Source: Callorhinchus milii
Taxonomy: Eukaryota
NCBI RefSeq assembly: GCF_018977255.1
Contig: NW_024704743.1
Span: forward strand, 60,514,001 to 60,578,000
Length of the DNA stretch: 64,000 nucleotides
Reading direction: 5' to 3'
How positions within the stretch are numbered: position 1 is the stretch's first letter; each line of letters starts with the position of its first letter. A program made the translations under genes and the position numbers. This document shows positions 25,046 through 37,559 of this stretch, piece by piece. The notes below the pieces were generated by a model. The model worked only from the letters and a program-made list of their open reading frames with translations. It searched no databases and was not told the origin of the DNA.

Positions 25046-25534
25046 CATGAAACAGGTTACTAAGATGGTGGAATATACATCTAGTAGGATGGAATACATG
25101 TTATTTTAAGTGAAACATGTTTTATTTTCAGCTATTGCTGCCTTCAGCCATAAATATCTGTCTCAAAGTTAATAATGTAGCCAGTTATGAACAGCTTGTC
25201 TTATCAGATCTTCCTCTGCAGTTAGTAGAGAGAAATGGCTCTTCCTTCTCTCACTTTCCCATCCTGATAAGGCTTTGGCAAAGGAGGAGAGACACCTTCC
25301 AATGGTTACCATTATTAATACCACAACATTGTTTCTCGATACAAGAAGTTAAAATTTATAGCATACCCAGGATACTATTCCAGACATTCTATCGTGAGAG
25401 GTGTGGAGGAATATTTGCAGCACAATGGGAGGCCTACGGAGCCTTCGTGTATGTTTGGGTGTTAAATCTCTTATTGGAGCTATCTACTCTAATCTCATAC
25501 CTATATTCTTTCCCCTTTGTATTATTTGTCTCCA

Positions 25535-25760
25535 TAGAGAGATGACTCAGAGGGGACTTCAAAGAAGTATATAACATTTTAAATGGGACAGGAGGACACG
25601 GCCTGCGATTGAAGGGGGCAAATTCAGAATGTATCTGCGAAACACTACTTCAATGAGTGAGTAGTAAAGGTATGGAACAGGCTCCCTAGGGAGATGGTGG
25701 AAGCAGAAATTGTTCATTGATTTAAGATAAGAACAAATTAGCAGACCTTGCTATGTGGAT
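25535..25760 (+). mobile_element. CR1 3' fragment
   Basis: agaggggac...aggacacggcctgcgattg...tatggaacaggctccctagggagatggtggaagc. Confidence 0.75.
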
Positions 25761-26139
25761 TGGAGGTGAGCAAGCCAATGCTGGGAGGTGTTATGGTGGG
25801 TTATTGGCTGGGCCAATAGAAATGTGCAGAAACATTTGCCAAAATTGCGGGGAGGTTTGTTGAATCTGTGGGAAATTGCTGGGGAATGTTTGACAAATTT
25901 TGCAGAAAATGGCGGGGAGTTGAATGGTCTATTGAGGTATATTTTACTGCCAACCTACATTTTTTCATTTTATTGATAAAAGTCAACATGAAGAAATAGC
26001 ACATATTAGATTGTTGCAAAAAAAANTATGAATTGCTTGTTTAACAAAATCTGAGTGGCCTTTTTTTGGGAGGGGGTGGGAGGGGACAGCAGCGAGGCTA
26101 CAGGAGCTCTCAGGGCCCAGCACCACTCACAGACCCAGA

Positions 26140-26560
26140 AAGAGAGAGGCACACACACACAAGACACACACAGATACACAGACACACAGAGACACAGACA
26201 GACACACACAGACACACAGTGACACACACACAGAGACAGACACACAAACAGAGACAGACACACAAACAGAGACAGACACACACACAGAAATACAGTCACA
26301 GAGACACACACAGACAAACACGCACAGACAGACACACACAGACACACACACAGAGACAGACGGACAGACAGAAACAGACACACAGGCAGACACAGAGATA
26401 CACACAGACACACTCACACAGACACACACACACAAAGTGACACAGACACACACACAGAGAGTGACACAGACCCCACACACACACAGTAACACACACAATG
26501 ACACACACACACACACACACAGTGACACACAGAATGACACGGACACAGAGACAATCACAA
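26140..26560. repeat. Compound (CA)n/(CAGA)n microsatellite
   Basis: About 420 bp of acac/agac repeats. Confidence 0.95.
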
Positions 26561-26596
26561 CAGAATGATTGTGTCCGAATGAAGCTCATTTCCCTC

Positions 26597-26913
26597 TAAT
26601 AATAATCCTTGCATTTGATATAGTGCTTTTCACGTCGGGAGGACGTCCCAAAGCGCTTCACAGAACACACTGTAAAGTGAATTGACTGTATATTTGTGGG
26701 CGAACGCGGCAGCCAATTGCGCACAGCAATGTCCCACAAACAGTCGTAGATTGAAAATGACCAATTTATCATTGTTTTGGGTTTTTGGAGGGATTATTAT
26801 TAGGCTCTGTGTGGAGTAAGGAAACTTGCCCAAGGTTTCGCCCTCTGCCTGGAATTGAACTCAGGTCTCTCACTTGCAAAGCGAGTGCTCTAACCACTGA
26901 GCTACAGGACTCC
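26597..26913 (-). mobile_element. Young tRNA-Ala SINE, short form
   Basis: CpGs intact; tail hairpin loop CTCCC as in young L2 tails. Confidence 0.95.
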
Positions 26914-26919
26914 ACTCTT

Positions 26920-27090
26920 GCGATACACCATGCATGCGTGTCCAGAGCCGCCCTGCCATAGTGACGTCAGGTGATCAGCCGGGCGGCCCGCGGGCCAGAC
27001 ATGGCATCGATAGCGGGTTTGTCGCTATAGGAGGAGGCAGTTTATAGCAGATTCCACAGGAATAGCGCGCCCGCACTTTTCTGTTGGCCC
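26920..27090. promoter_or_regulatory. Small CpG-rich promoter-like island
   Basis: Only non-repeat CpG cluster in the window; full CRE TGACGTCA (26962-26969), overlapping X-box-like CCTGCCATAGTGAC, GC boxes gccgccc and gggcgg, catgcatgcg. Confidence 0.65.
27001..27016 (+). CDS. Candidate first coding exon (MASIA+G)
   Basis: gacATGG Kozak context; donor G|GTTTGT, phase 1. Confidence 0.45.
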
Positions 27091-27092
27091 AG

Positions 27093-27151
27093 GTTATTGG
27101 GAACAGCTAGAACAGCGACTGGAGGCTGAGAAACCTCAACTGGAAGAGAAG
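27093..27151 (+). CDS. Candidate second coding exon (GYWEQLEQRLEAEKPQLEEK)
   Basis: Acceptor cacttttctgttggcccag; phase matches exon 1; purine-rich; donor AAG|GTGTTA followed by AT-rich intron-like DNA. Confidence 0.45.
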
Positions 27152-27514
27152 GTGTTAATTGCGTTTTATTAATGCAAAATGTTGTTTTATCTATTTTATT
27201 TATTATTTATTAATAAAAGAAATAAAGCAATATTTTTATGAGTAAAACAAAATAGAAAAATTCCTGAAAAATTAAACAAAAAAATAAAAATGATTTCACG
27301 GGGCCTCTGCTACTTTGCTGTTTATTTTTATATTTTTTGCTATGTTCTCCTCATGGTTCCTCTTTGCCTTCCTAATCATCTTTCTAATCTCTTATATTTG
27401 CTGTATTCACTCAGCTTTACCTCTCCATTATCTATTCTGTACTTTTCAAATGCTCTTTTCCTTACCTGCAGTTTTGTTCTCAACCCTTTATACACTTGTG
27501 GTGTCCTGTTATTA

Positions 27515-29660
27515 ACAACAACAACTTGCACTTATATAGCGCCCTCCATGTAGAGTAACAACTCAGAGCGCTTAACAGTGGCGGAGCCTGACTCTGAGCC
27601 AGGGTGGGGGGGGCTGGGGTGGGGAGAAGTGGCCTTAAGCACGGTCAAACAGGAACATTTTCAGGTGGGACTTGAAAGAGGGGAGAGAGGGGGCAAGGTG
27701 GAGGGATTGAGGGAGTGTGTTCCAGAGTTTCGGGGTGTAGTGGCTGAAAGTGCGACTTCCGATGGTGGGTCAGAGGGTGCAAGGGACGAGCAGGAGGCTG
27801 GTGCCAGTCAAGTGGAGGTGCCAAGTGGTGGATTGGGGAGTGAGGAAGTTGGAGAGGTAGGGAGGTGCCAGGGAGTGAATGGATTTGAAAACAAGTGTGA
27901 GGATCTTGATCTTGAACAGAAGTTGATCCGTTTGGTGATGGTGACTCAGTGGAACCTGGCCAGAACTGGTGAGATGTGGGTAGAGAGTTTGGTCCGGGTC
28001 AGTATGCAGGCGGCAGAATTCTGAATGAGCTGGATGTTGTGAATGGTGGAGCTGGGGAGACCGGCAAGGAGTGTATTGGAATAATCCAAGCGGGAGGTGA
28101 CAAACGCATGCACAAGGATTTCGGTTGCATTTGGGGTAAGGTATGGTCGGAGGCAGGCAATGTGGTGGAGGTGGAAGAAGGCGGTCCTGGTCAGGGATGT
28201 GGGGAGGAAGGACAGTTGGGTGTCGAACTGGATGTCTAGATTGCGCACTGGTTCGGTGAGTCTGAAGGAGAGCCCAGGGAGGTTGAGGAGTTCAGATCCA
28301 CAGGAGTGAAGAGGTTGATGGGAGCCAAGGAGCATGGCTTCCGTCTTATCCACAGTCAGCTGCACGGAGTTTGCACTCATCCAGGCCTTGGTGTCTGGCA
28401 GACAAGCTGATAGAACATCAGTAGACCTGGAGATGGTACTGGAGGGGGCAAAGTAGATTTGTGTATCATCCGCGTACACGTGAAAGTTTACCCCGTGTCT
28501 GTGGATGACATCGCCCAGAGGGAGCATATAAATAAGGAAAAGAAGAGGGCTAAAGATGGAGCCCTGGGGTACCCCACAGGTGACTGGGCGGGGGCGGGGC
28601 AAGAAACCATTTGCTGAGATGAAATAGAGGCGGTTGGTTAAGTAGAACTCAAACAATGCGCGTGCGGGCCCACTGAGGTGGATGAGGGAGGAGAAGCGAT
28701 GGAGAAGGGTGGCGTGGTCAACTGTTTTGAACACAGCAGAGAGATCCAGGAGGTTGAGGAGGCAGTGGGAATCCTGGTCACAAATAGAGAGGATATCGTT
28801 TGTGACTTTGCCAAGCGCTGTCTCGGTGCTGTGGGCAGGGCAAAAACCAGACTGCAGGGGCTCAAGGAGGGAGTGGAGGGAGACGTGTGACCGAAGTTGA
28901 CCTGCAACAATGCATTCCAGCACTTTAGCAAGGAAGGGTGTTGGAAATGGGACGGTAATGTGAAAGATTAGAGGGATCGAGGGTGTTTTTTTTGAGGAGG
29001 GGTGTGATAGCAGCGGGTTTCAGGGGGAATGGAACAGAGCCTGAGGAGATGGACTGGTTGACCGTGTTGACCAGCAGGGGGGAGAGGAGGGGGAGTTGAG
29101 TGACCAGCAGCTGGGTGGGGAGGGGGTCGAGGCAGCAGGTGGTGAACTTCATCCTGGTGATTGTTGTTGACAGGGAGGACGGAGAAATGGGGGCAAAGTA
29201 GTGTAAAGACAGGGGAGTGGCAGGAGCTGTGGTGGAGGGAGAAGGCGATGTGGATGATCTGGGTGGGGTGGAAGGGAACATGGGGTGGGAGGATGATGCA
29301 GCCAAGCGGAGGTGTTCAATTTTTGAAGCAAAGAAGCTTAGGAGCTCTTCGCTTGGTGTTTGATGTGAGGATAGAGGGGGCTTGAGAGCGTGCACGGAGG
29401 AGGTGATGGACAGTGGAAAACAGTGGTATTGGATTGTTGTTTGCCTCCAGAATGACTGGAGTAAAAGTCAGTTTTGCCTGTGGAAGGGAGAGGCGGTAGG
29501 TGCGGAGGTGCTTGAGCCGCAGCTGGTGGTGAACCGTGAGGCAGGATTTCTGCCATCTGTGCTCAAGCGTTCGGGGTTGTGTTTTGAGTGAGTGGAGATG
29601 ACTGTTGTACCGGGGGAGTGGGAGTGTTTGCAAACAGCCTCGGATCTCAGGGGAACCAGG
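27515..29660 (-). mobile_element. Older L2 subfamily, 5'-truncated RT portion
   Basis: ORF 27946-28923 with QSGF, LLDLSA, GVPQGS, YADD, HAFVTSRLDY; (aac)n tail at 27515. Confidence 0.95.
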
Positions 29661-30391
29661 GAATTTATTAATTAATTTTCTCTTATTTCTTATATATTTC
29701 TCCTGCACCTTTTTTCTATCTCATGCATAAAATTTTTCCCTCCAATTTCCTCTTCCAGTCTACCTCAGCCAGTTCAGTCCTCATACCATTATGGTTAGGT
29801 GTAAAGTGAAGTTTTCCAATATGCCCCAAATGTTGCTTCAACTCAAACCTCAGAAGAGCATCCCCCAGAACCCCAACCCCGCCACTCCCCCAACAATGTT
29901 TGTGCACATTTGGTGAGAACAAGATCATGTTTAATTGCTGACCAACCCATCCGCTCCCTTCAGTCAGTGAATACTGCTTCATGAAGGGTCTGCTTCATGT
30001 CCCCCTCCCCAGCATCCCATCATTGGCAGTCTTTATAACTGCATCCCAGAGTTTTCAGAATCAGTCCCTCCCACAGTTTGTTCAAGGTCCATCTCAAAAC
30101 CTATCTCTTTGACTGGGTTTTCAGTCCTATTCCCCACCCTGTTGGTTCCCACCCCAGCTTAGGTGCCAAGCATTATTGTTAAGCACCTTGAGATGTCCTC
30201 CCTTTGTGAAAGGCACTAAATAATGGTATATCTATATTATATTGTAGTTATGATGGCTCCAATGGCTGAATAGCTTATCAGTGCTTACTTTTGCTTTTTT
30301 TTCTAAACAACAAGCTGAGTATGAAGTAACAACATGAAATGTGTAAACTTACAAAACATGTAATGTTTAAAGCTATAAAATCAAAACTTAT

Positions 30392-30975
30392 TTGTACTCT
30401 CTGCTCCCGGCTGGACTATTCCAATGCCCTCCTTGCTGGTCTCCCCAGCTCCACAGTACACAAAATGTAATTAATCCCAAATTCTGCTGCTCGGATACTC
30501 ACCCGCACAAAACTCTACCCCCATCACACCATTCCTTGCCAGGTTCCACTGGCGCCCAATTACTGAACAGATCAATTTCAAGATCGACTTTGTTTTCAAT
30601 TCCCTTCATGCCATCGCACCTCTGACCTGACCTGCTATCTGACCTGCTTACCTACCCCCCACTCCACCACCCGCTGCCTCTGCTCAACGGGCTCCAGCCT
30701 CCTCTTTGCCCCTTTTGCTCTCCACTCCACCATCAGTAGCCGTGTCTTCAGCCACTATGCCCCGAAACTCTGGAATTCTCTCCCCCAATCCCTCCACCCT
30801 GCCCCTCCCTCCCTCCCCACTTTTAAATCCCGCCTAAAGACCTTCCTTTTCGATCGTGCTTATGGTCACCCCTCCCCTCCCTCTCCCCCTGGCTCGATGT
30901 CAGATTGCACCACTGTCAAGTGCTCCGGGATGCTACCCTGCCAGAACCGCGCTATATAAATGCAAGTTGGTGTTG
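30392..30975 (+). mobile_element. Old L2 3' fragment
   Basis: cggctggactattccaatgccctccttgctgg (RLDYSNALLAG); ends gctatataaatgcaagttg. Confidence 0.85.
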
Positions 30976-31213
30976 TACTTTATACCAGCTTTGAGTGACC
31001 AGTAATGTTCTTCTGCACTGTTGTGTCAAATTCTATTCAGTTCTTATTAAGTTGAAATGAACTATACTGCATAGCTTGCCACGTGTAACTCCCATTTGGA
31101 GATCACTACAATAGCATACATCCACTTTGATGAAATTTATTATCCAGAGAATACTGTCAAGCCTAAGCTGTTGGAGGGAAACTGCCTTCGGCAGCATATG
31201 GGAATGTGGCTAA

Positions 31214-31232
31214 TACACCATCTAGTGGCTGT
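31214..31232 (-). promoter_or_regulatory. CTCF-like motif
   Basis: Reverse strand agCCACTAGATGGTGt resembles the CTCF core; lies in unique sequence. Confidence 0.5.
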
Positions 31233-31919
31233 TTACTTTGGCTAGTATTGCTCTGCAGTTTCAATCAGAGGTTACCGAGGCCGCTAACAGCTAGTCAGGA
31301 AGTCAGAGGAGGATGGTAGTTTTCAAACCAGATGTTGCCTTGGCACCAGACAAATACGAGGCTTCCAAAAAAAAGCAATAGCATTTCAGGCGAGGACATT
31401 AATAGATATCACATGGTTTTTTTTATGGGTGTGGTTCAAGAAAAGATTTTTTTTAAATTTCAGCAGTTACTTTGACAGATATAAAGAGGTTGTGAATGTG
31501 AAAAGGCTTAACACTTACAGGTGTAGCATGTCCTGCTGCACGTCTTATAATGGAGCAGTGGCAAACAGTAAACAAAAGACCAAAGGAAGGTACCGTGGAA
31601 AGAAAACAAAAAGAGCAAATGAAAAGGAATGAGAGAAAATTACAGACATGGGAAAAAAACAAGCACAACTAGTACCAGACAGCTGGTCTGAGAACCCTTG
31701 TCATGGCCTCACATACTGAAGGAGGAGCTAAAGCAGGCAGACTTTTATCGAGTTCTGCTTTGAGCAAAGTTTTTTTACTGGTTTGTCTGAAAGATCTAAA
31801 GTGATATTATAGGTTAATCCCTGAATTATCCTTAGTCCTTTCACTCCTCAGCAGTGCTTCCATCTCGATGGGGATTGAGTCCAATGAGAGAAACGAGTTT
31901 TTATGGTCTGGAATGCACT

Positions 31920-32108
31920 ATAATAATATAATAATAATCCTTGTATTTGATATAGCACCTTATCACGTTTTCGAGATCTATCAAAGCGCTTCACAGAATA
32001 TACCCTAAAGGGAATTGACTGTATATTTTGTGTGCGAAATGCGGCAGCCAATTGCACGCAGCAGCGTCCCACAAACAGTCATGGATTGAGTGACCAAATT
32101 ATTATTCT
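31920..32108 (-). mobile_element. tRNA-Ala SINE 3' half
   Basis: (taa)n tail and body, no head. Confidence 0.85.
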
Positions 32109-32109
32109 T

Positions 32110-32318
32110 ATGCACTGCCTGAAAAGGTTGGTGAAAGCAGGTTCGATAGTAATTTTCAAAAGGGAATTGGATAGGTACTTAAAAGGAAAATATTTACTGA
32201 GCTATGGGGTAAGAATAGGGGAGTGGGACTAGTTGGATAGCTCTTTCAAAAAGCCGGCACAGGCACAATTGTCCAAATGGCCTCCTTCTGTGCTGTAAAA
32301 TTCTATGATTCAATGATT
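32110..32318 (+). mobile_element. CR1 3' end
   Basis: ctgcctgaaaaggttggtgaaagc...aatggcctccttctgtgctgtaaaattctatgattc. Confidence 0.85.
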
Positions 32319-32439
32319 TTCCCACAAGTGATAATTTATTTGATCTTTCAATGCCCTATAAACTTCTGAAATAGCCACTGAATTTGGCTCAAAAAATATT
32401 TAATCTTGTGCTGTCTCACAAGTCATTTTGCAAAATTTA

Positions 32440-33240
32440 TTTTTGGTCTGTTGCCTGTCTGATACACATGGAAACTTATCGCAGTGATTAAGAGTATCCA
32501 AACCAAAGTGAAAATTCCATATATGTAAGAACATATAAAAACATAAAAAATGCTAGATGAAAAAAGACCACGGTCCATTTAGTTCGCCTTCCACCTTCCT
32601 GGCACATATGTTCACGAACTACCCACATACTTTATCCCTTCATGTTATTTCTAAAAGAAAGCTATCTAATCTGTGTTTGAAAGAATCAACACTTCCTGCC
32701 TCAACCATCTCACTAGGGAGCCTGTTCCACAGGTTCACTATTAGCTCACTATGTGTTATCTAAACGTGGAAATTTCCCTTTAGAATGGAAGTGCACTCTC
32801 TTCCTGGAGGGATACACCATGCTTACTGAATCCAAGAAAATATAAAGCGCAGGTTAGCAATAGCCAGGGTTTGGGAACCTCAGAGTGTGCGTGGGGGTAT
32901 TGCTGGAGTTTATTCAGCTAAAATCGTATAGACCATTGAAACACTATCTGATGATGTTCTCACTTCTTGGGCACTGAGGGTGACCTTTTCAGTTAAGGTT
33001 TTGCAGGGTTAACAGGAGCAGACTGAGAAGAATCCCTGCCCACAGTGACTGATCTGACCCTTCATGTTGGCCCAATGAGCCAGGCTGGCTGGTCAGTCAT
33101 CAACAGTAGTTGGAGTTCCTGGCTCAGGAACTAGATTACTGAGATCACCAGAGAGAATTGACTTGATTGCAGAATTCCATTGCCAACACATCACCTTGGA
33201 GCCAGCTCAGGCTCACAACCAAAGAGACACTGCTTACTTC
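32440..33240 (-). repeat. Family X long copy with a CR1 tail inserted (~32526-32740)
   Basis: Homologous end to end with 10690-11235, plus an extra internal segment also seen at 21300 and 35330. Confidence 0.8.
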
Positions 33241-33281
33241 ACCCCAATGAGAATAGTCGATTAGTGGAATCCAAGCAGTGT

Positions 33282-33377
33282 GGAGTCCTGTAGTTCAGTG
33301 GGTAGAGCACTCACCTCGCAAGCGAGAGATCTGGGTTCAATTCCCGGCAGGGCGAAGCCTTGGGCAAGTTTCCTTAA
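33282..33377 (+). mobile_element. tRNA-Ala SINE head only
   Basis: ggagtcctgtagttcagtgggtagagcac...ggttcaattcccggc...tttccttaa then abrupt switch to L2. Confidence 0.9.
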
Positions 33378-34890
33378 CGATGGAAGCTGTGGAGATGCTC
33401 GAGCCACAGTTGGTGGTGAACTGTCAGGCCAGTTTTTTGCCATCTGCGCTCGAGCAGCCGGGTTTGGGTTTTTCGGAGGCGGAGATGGTTGTTGTACCAG
33501 GGGGATCGGGTGGGTTTGGAGATGATCCTGGATTTTAGGGGGACGAGGGACTTGAAGGTGGAGGAGAGGCGATCATGGAGCAGCTGGACAGCTGCTTCAG
33601 GAACTCCGTGGGTGGAAGGCCAGAGGGATAGGATGTTTGATGATGAGAGGGCCTTTGTGAGGGGGTAGCCTTTTCCAAGGGCGGTAGAGGATGGTTGAGG
33701 GCTTAGTGGAGGAGAGAGGGATGTGAGAGGGGAAGGAGATGAAAAAGTGGTCCAAGATGGCCTTGTCCACTATGCTAAGGTCGGAAATGTCAAAGCCATG
33801 GGTGATGACGAGGTCAAGTGCATGACCACGGTTGTGGGTGGGTGACTTTATATGGAGGGTAAGGTTTAGGGAGAAAGGAGGGCAGTGAAATCAACAGAAG
33901 TGGTGCAAGGGGAGTTTAGGTGGAGGTTGAAGTAGCCCATTATGAGCAGGCGCTCGGAGCAGAGGGACAGGGAAGAGAGGAGAGTAGAGATGTTTGTGTG
34001 GAAGGAGCCGGGGGGTTTGGGAGGGCGGTAGACAAGGAGGATTTTCAATGGGAGAGAGGGGTGGAAGAGGGTGAGGTGCTCGAAGGAGGGGAAGCAACCA
34101 GAGGTGTACGGGGTGAGACCAAGGGAGGCTTTGGAAATGAAGGCCACCCCGTTGCCACGCTGGTATGGATGGGGATTGTGGTGGAAGGTGTAGCCTGGAG
34201 GGGAGGCTTCCACTAGGGGGACAGGGTCATTGGGGGAGAGCCAGGTTTCTGTGAGCCCAAGAATGTCAAGGTGCTCGTCCAGGATGAGGTCGTGGACGGT
34301 GAGGGCTTTATTTGAGTGGGAACGGACATTTTGGAGGGAAATGCGGGTGGGTTTGCTGGAGGGTAGGGAGGGAGGAAAGAGTGGTGCAGAGAGGATTTTG
34401 GGTTATATAGGAGAGATGGTTGTGGAGAGTGCTGTGAGTGGAGAGTTGGGGAGCGTACGTACAAGGGAGGGTGGAGTTGGGTTTGCCTTAAGGAGGCGAT
34501 TTGTGCAGAGGGAGTGAATGATGGGACACGTGGCGTTGCTTCTCTGGGACAGCCAGTACCGGGAGCCACGATGGGCCCGGCGAAGGATGCCCAGGCTGGA
34601 GCAGAGAGAAGTGGTGATGGTGTCGAGGAGAGCGAGAAGGCGGGTAGGGCGGTGGGAGAGAAGGACAGAGGGGGAATAGCGGATAGAGGGGGGTCGGAGG
34701 AGAGACATAGAGAGTGGAGGGGGAGGCCCAGGCCGGGGCGGCAGCCAAAATGCAAACGCAGAGACCGGGAGTGAGCGATCAGCGAAACGGCATCAGTCCT
34801 CAGGCAGTGTGGTCATGGCTGGGATGGCAGTGGTAGAGGCTGCCAGGACATTGGTGTTATTGCTGCTTGTTTTTTTAACTGTGACGTCAC
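33378..34890 (-). mobile_element. Older L2 5' portion (5' region plus APE endonuclease)
   Basis: EASPPGYTFHH...VYRPPK...LIMGYFNLH; LGILRRAHRG motif. Confidence 0.9.
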
Positions 34891-35069
34891 GCCGACATCA
34901 CTTTGTGAATAACACCCCCTCCCTTCACCTACCTCGCCCTGCGCTCTCCTGACTCCTCTCCTGACTGTACCTGTCAATAATTCTCAGTTGCCCATAGTGT
35001 GACCCACCCACGATTCCAACCATTACTTTTGAGTGCCCGAACCCTGCATATTGCTTAATTAAAACATTT

Positions 35070-35420
35070 TTGTTGGTTTTTTTGGTTAGCCAAGTGTTTG
35101 ACACAGTAGAAACCCATCACCATTTTTAGAAGTGTCCAAACCACACTGAGAGTTCCAAGCATACTACCTACGCATGGAAATTCCCGTGACTGGATTGGAA
35201 TGCACACCCTCTGGAGAGATGCATCCTGCTTATCTAATTCTGGAGAGTATTAGGCGCAGAGTGGCAAGAGTCGAGGCTTTGGGACCCCATTGGTGTACTG
35301 CTGGAGTTTTACCAGCTTTACTTAGCTTGTCATTGAAAACACTATCTGGCAAGCTTCCCGCTGGCTATTCTGACCAGGACCACCCTACATTGAGGACATT
35401 GGCTTGCAGGGTTAAGAGGA
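35070..35420 (-). repeat. Family X copy
   Basis: ttttggttagccaagtgtttgacacagtagaaacccatcac...ctgcttatctaattctggagagtattaggcgc. Confidence 0.85.
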
Positions 35421-35744
35421 GTTTGTTGTTCCATTTTGACTCATATTCTGTGGCCCACAATTCTAATGGTTGCTTCTGGCCCAACCATTGTCTTGAAGTT
35501 AAAGGGAAACAGTCAAATATCATCTGGCTCAATAAATAATTTTGATTATTATCAAATTGTTATCATCAGTTGTCCAAGATGATGAGGAACTCCTGTTTAC
35601 TTTCAAATACTGTTAATAATTTCTACAGTAAATCCTGCAAAGTACTTTGACACATCTGCCCAATGGGAATAGCGCAATATCAAATCCAAGGATTATTATT
35701 ATTTTAAGATCATGGGATTTATTTAAGAGAATCTGACAAGGCAG

Positions 35745-35918
35745 ATTGGTCCCTTGTTTAATGTGTGATCTGAAGGGAAAAGTCTCAAACAATGTAACAC
35801 TCCCTAGTACCGTAATGGACCAGCAGCCTGGCCTATCAACTGAAGTCCAACTGAACTGCTGGTTTGACCACATCACCTTCTGACCTAAAGGTGAGAGAGA
35901 TACCAACTGAGCGAAACT
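35745..35918 (-). mobile_element. Deu-domain SINE 5' part
   Basis: accttctgacctaaaggtgagagagataccaactgagc (reverse tRNA head). Confidence 0.6.
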
Positions 35919-36064
35919 GACCAGCAAGCCAACAAGAAGCAAAGTCAGAAGAATCAGAATTATAAATATTATTACTATGTAGTATAACATAACAATATTC
36001 CTTCATTTGCTATAGTGTCATTCCCACCTCCATCTCATACCCTCCACCCCTCTTGATTCCCATC

Positions 36065-36268
36065 TCCAGTTTAACGTCTACCTGAACAGGCAGAAGGGGC
36101 CTCCGTTTAACATCTCATCTGAAGGACAGCACCTCCAGAACTACAACTACATCCCCAGCACTACATTGGAATGTCACCTTAGACTATGTGATTTAATGTT
36201 CCATGGTGAAGCTTGAACCCACAACCTTCTGATTCAGAGGTGAGATTGCTATTACTGAACCAGATTGA
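36065..36268 (-). mobile_element. Deu-domain SINE
   Basis: ggcctccgtttaacatctcatctgaaggacagcacctcc (reverse Deu motif) plus tRNA head. Confidence 0.8.
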
Positions 36269-36417
36269 CATACCAGTATGAATCACAAGGCAAATGAAAA
36301 TGCACCTAGAAAACTTTGCAATTTGAAAAACAGGAAAAAGAGGAAAACATTTTGTTCATTTACGTCCAGTGAGCCTGATTTGTTTTCCTATATGTTTTTA
36401 TGGCCACATGAGGTGGA

Positions 36418-36783
36418 AATAATAATCCTTGCATTTGATATAGTGCCTTATCAAGTCTTCGAGACGTCTCAAAGAACTTCATCGAATATACTGTAAAGTG
36501 AATTGACTATACTTTGTGGGCTGAACGCGGCAGCCAATTGTACACAGCAGTGTCCCACAAACAGTTGTGGATTGAAGTGACTGATTTATTATTATTTTTT
36601 TTGAAGGAATTATTACCTCCAGGTAAGCAATCCACCAATCAACTAACCACCGGGTTCTTACTTACTGCTAGGTAAACAGAGGCATGTGGAGTAAGGAAAC
36701 TTGCCAAGGATTTTGCCCTGCTGGAAATGAACCCGGGTTTCTCGCTTGCGATGTGAGTGCTAACCACTGAGCTACAGGACTCC
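36418..36783 (-). mobile_element. tRNA-Ala SINE, complete long form
   Basis: Head, long internal segment, tail hairpin loop TCGAA. Confidence 0.92.
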
Positions 36784-37216
36784 AGTGAACACAGACAGAA
36801 CACAGTAAAACCTGATGATACACATGCAGGATGGTAAAGAACAATGGGTGGTCAAATGGAAAAATTAGATAACCCTCAATAAAATAGGGACTGCTGACAG
36901 AAACAGAATCAACTGCTACAGGAAATAAAATGTAAATATTCAGACTACAGGGCTGAGGCAGGCCATGATCTTTGAAGTTCAGCTGAATACTTGCATTAGT
37001 TGAACATATTGTGTTTCTCTATGACACTCATCAAGCTAAGAAGATCAAGAACACCTCCAAGTAACAGGGATCCACTTTTATGCCATTGACTCCAATGGCA
37101 TCTGGTTCACTACAAGGTTTATCTCACCCATCCTGTACCCTGAGTATTTAGTTGCATTTGCTGAAGTTTGTTATGTCTAGTTTAATGGGATTAGACAGGA
37201 CAGATTAAGTTACACT

Positions 37217-37551
37217 GAGTCCTGTAGCAGGTTGGTTAACTCTCTCTCCTTGTATGCTAGAGGACCCAGGTTCAATTTACGGGTGGGGCGAAACCTTAGG
37301 TAAATTTCCTTAGCCCACATGCCTGTTTACCTAGCAATAAGTAGCAACCCAATTGGGGGATCGCTTTCCATAAAATCCCTCAAAAAAAAATTTGGGTCAC
37401 TCAATCCACGACTGTTCGTGGGACACTGCTGTACCAATTGGCTGCTGGGTTTTGCCCAAAAAATCATCAATCCACTTTACCATATATTCTGTGAAGCGCT
37501 TTGAGACGTCTCAATAATGCCGCCATATCAAATGCAAGGTTTATTATTATT
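37217..37551 (+). mobile_element. tRNA-Ala SINE, long form
   Basis: gagtcctgtagc head to ttattattatt tail. Confidence 0.88.
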
Positions 37552-37559
37552 AAAAATTA

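Noticed and set aside
26026..26026. Single N base
   Set aside because: Assembly ambiguity after an A-run, not biology
26006..26589. Cys/Val- and His/Thr-rich ORFs
   Set aside because: Translations of the CA/GA microsatellite
31297..31632. Open frame of about 110 codons
   Set aside because: Crosses several homopolymer runs, has no recognisable domain and no coherent splice signals
29490..33550. Older L2 pieces at 27.5-29.7 kb and 33.4-34.9 kb as one split element
   Set aside because: They overlap in homologous sequence with different bases, so they are separate copies
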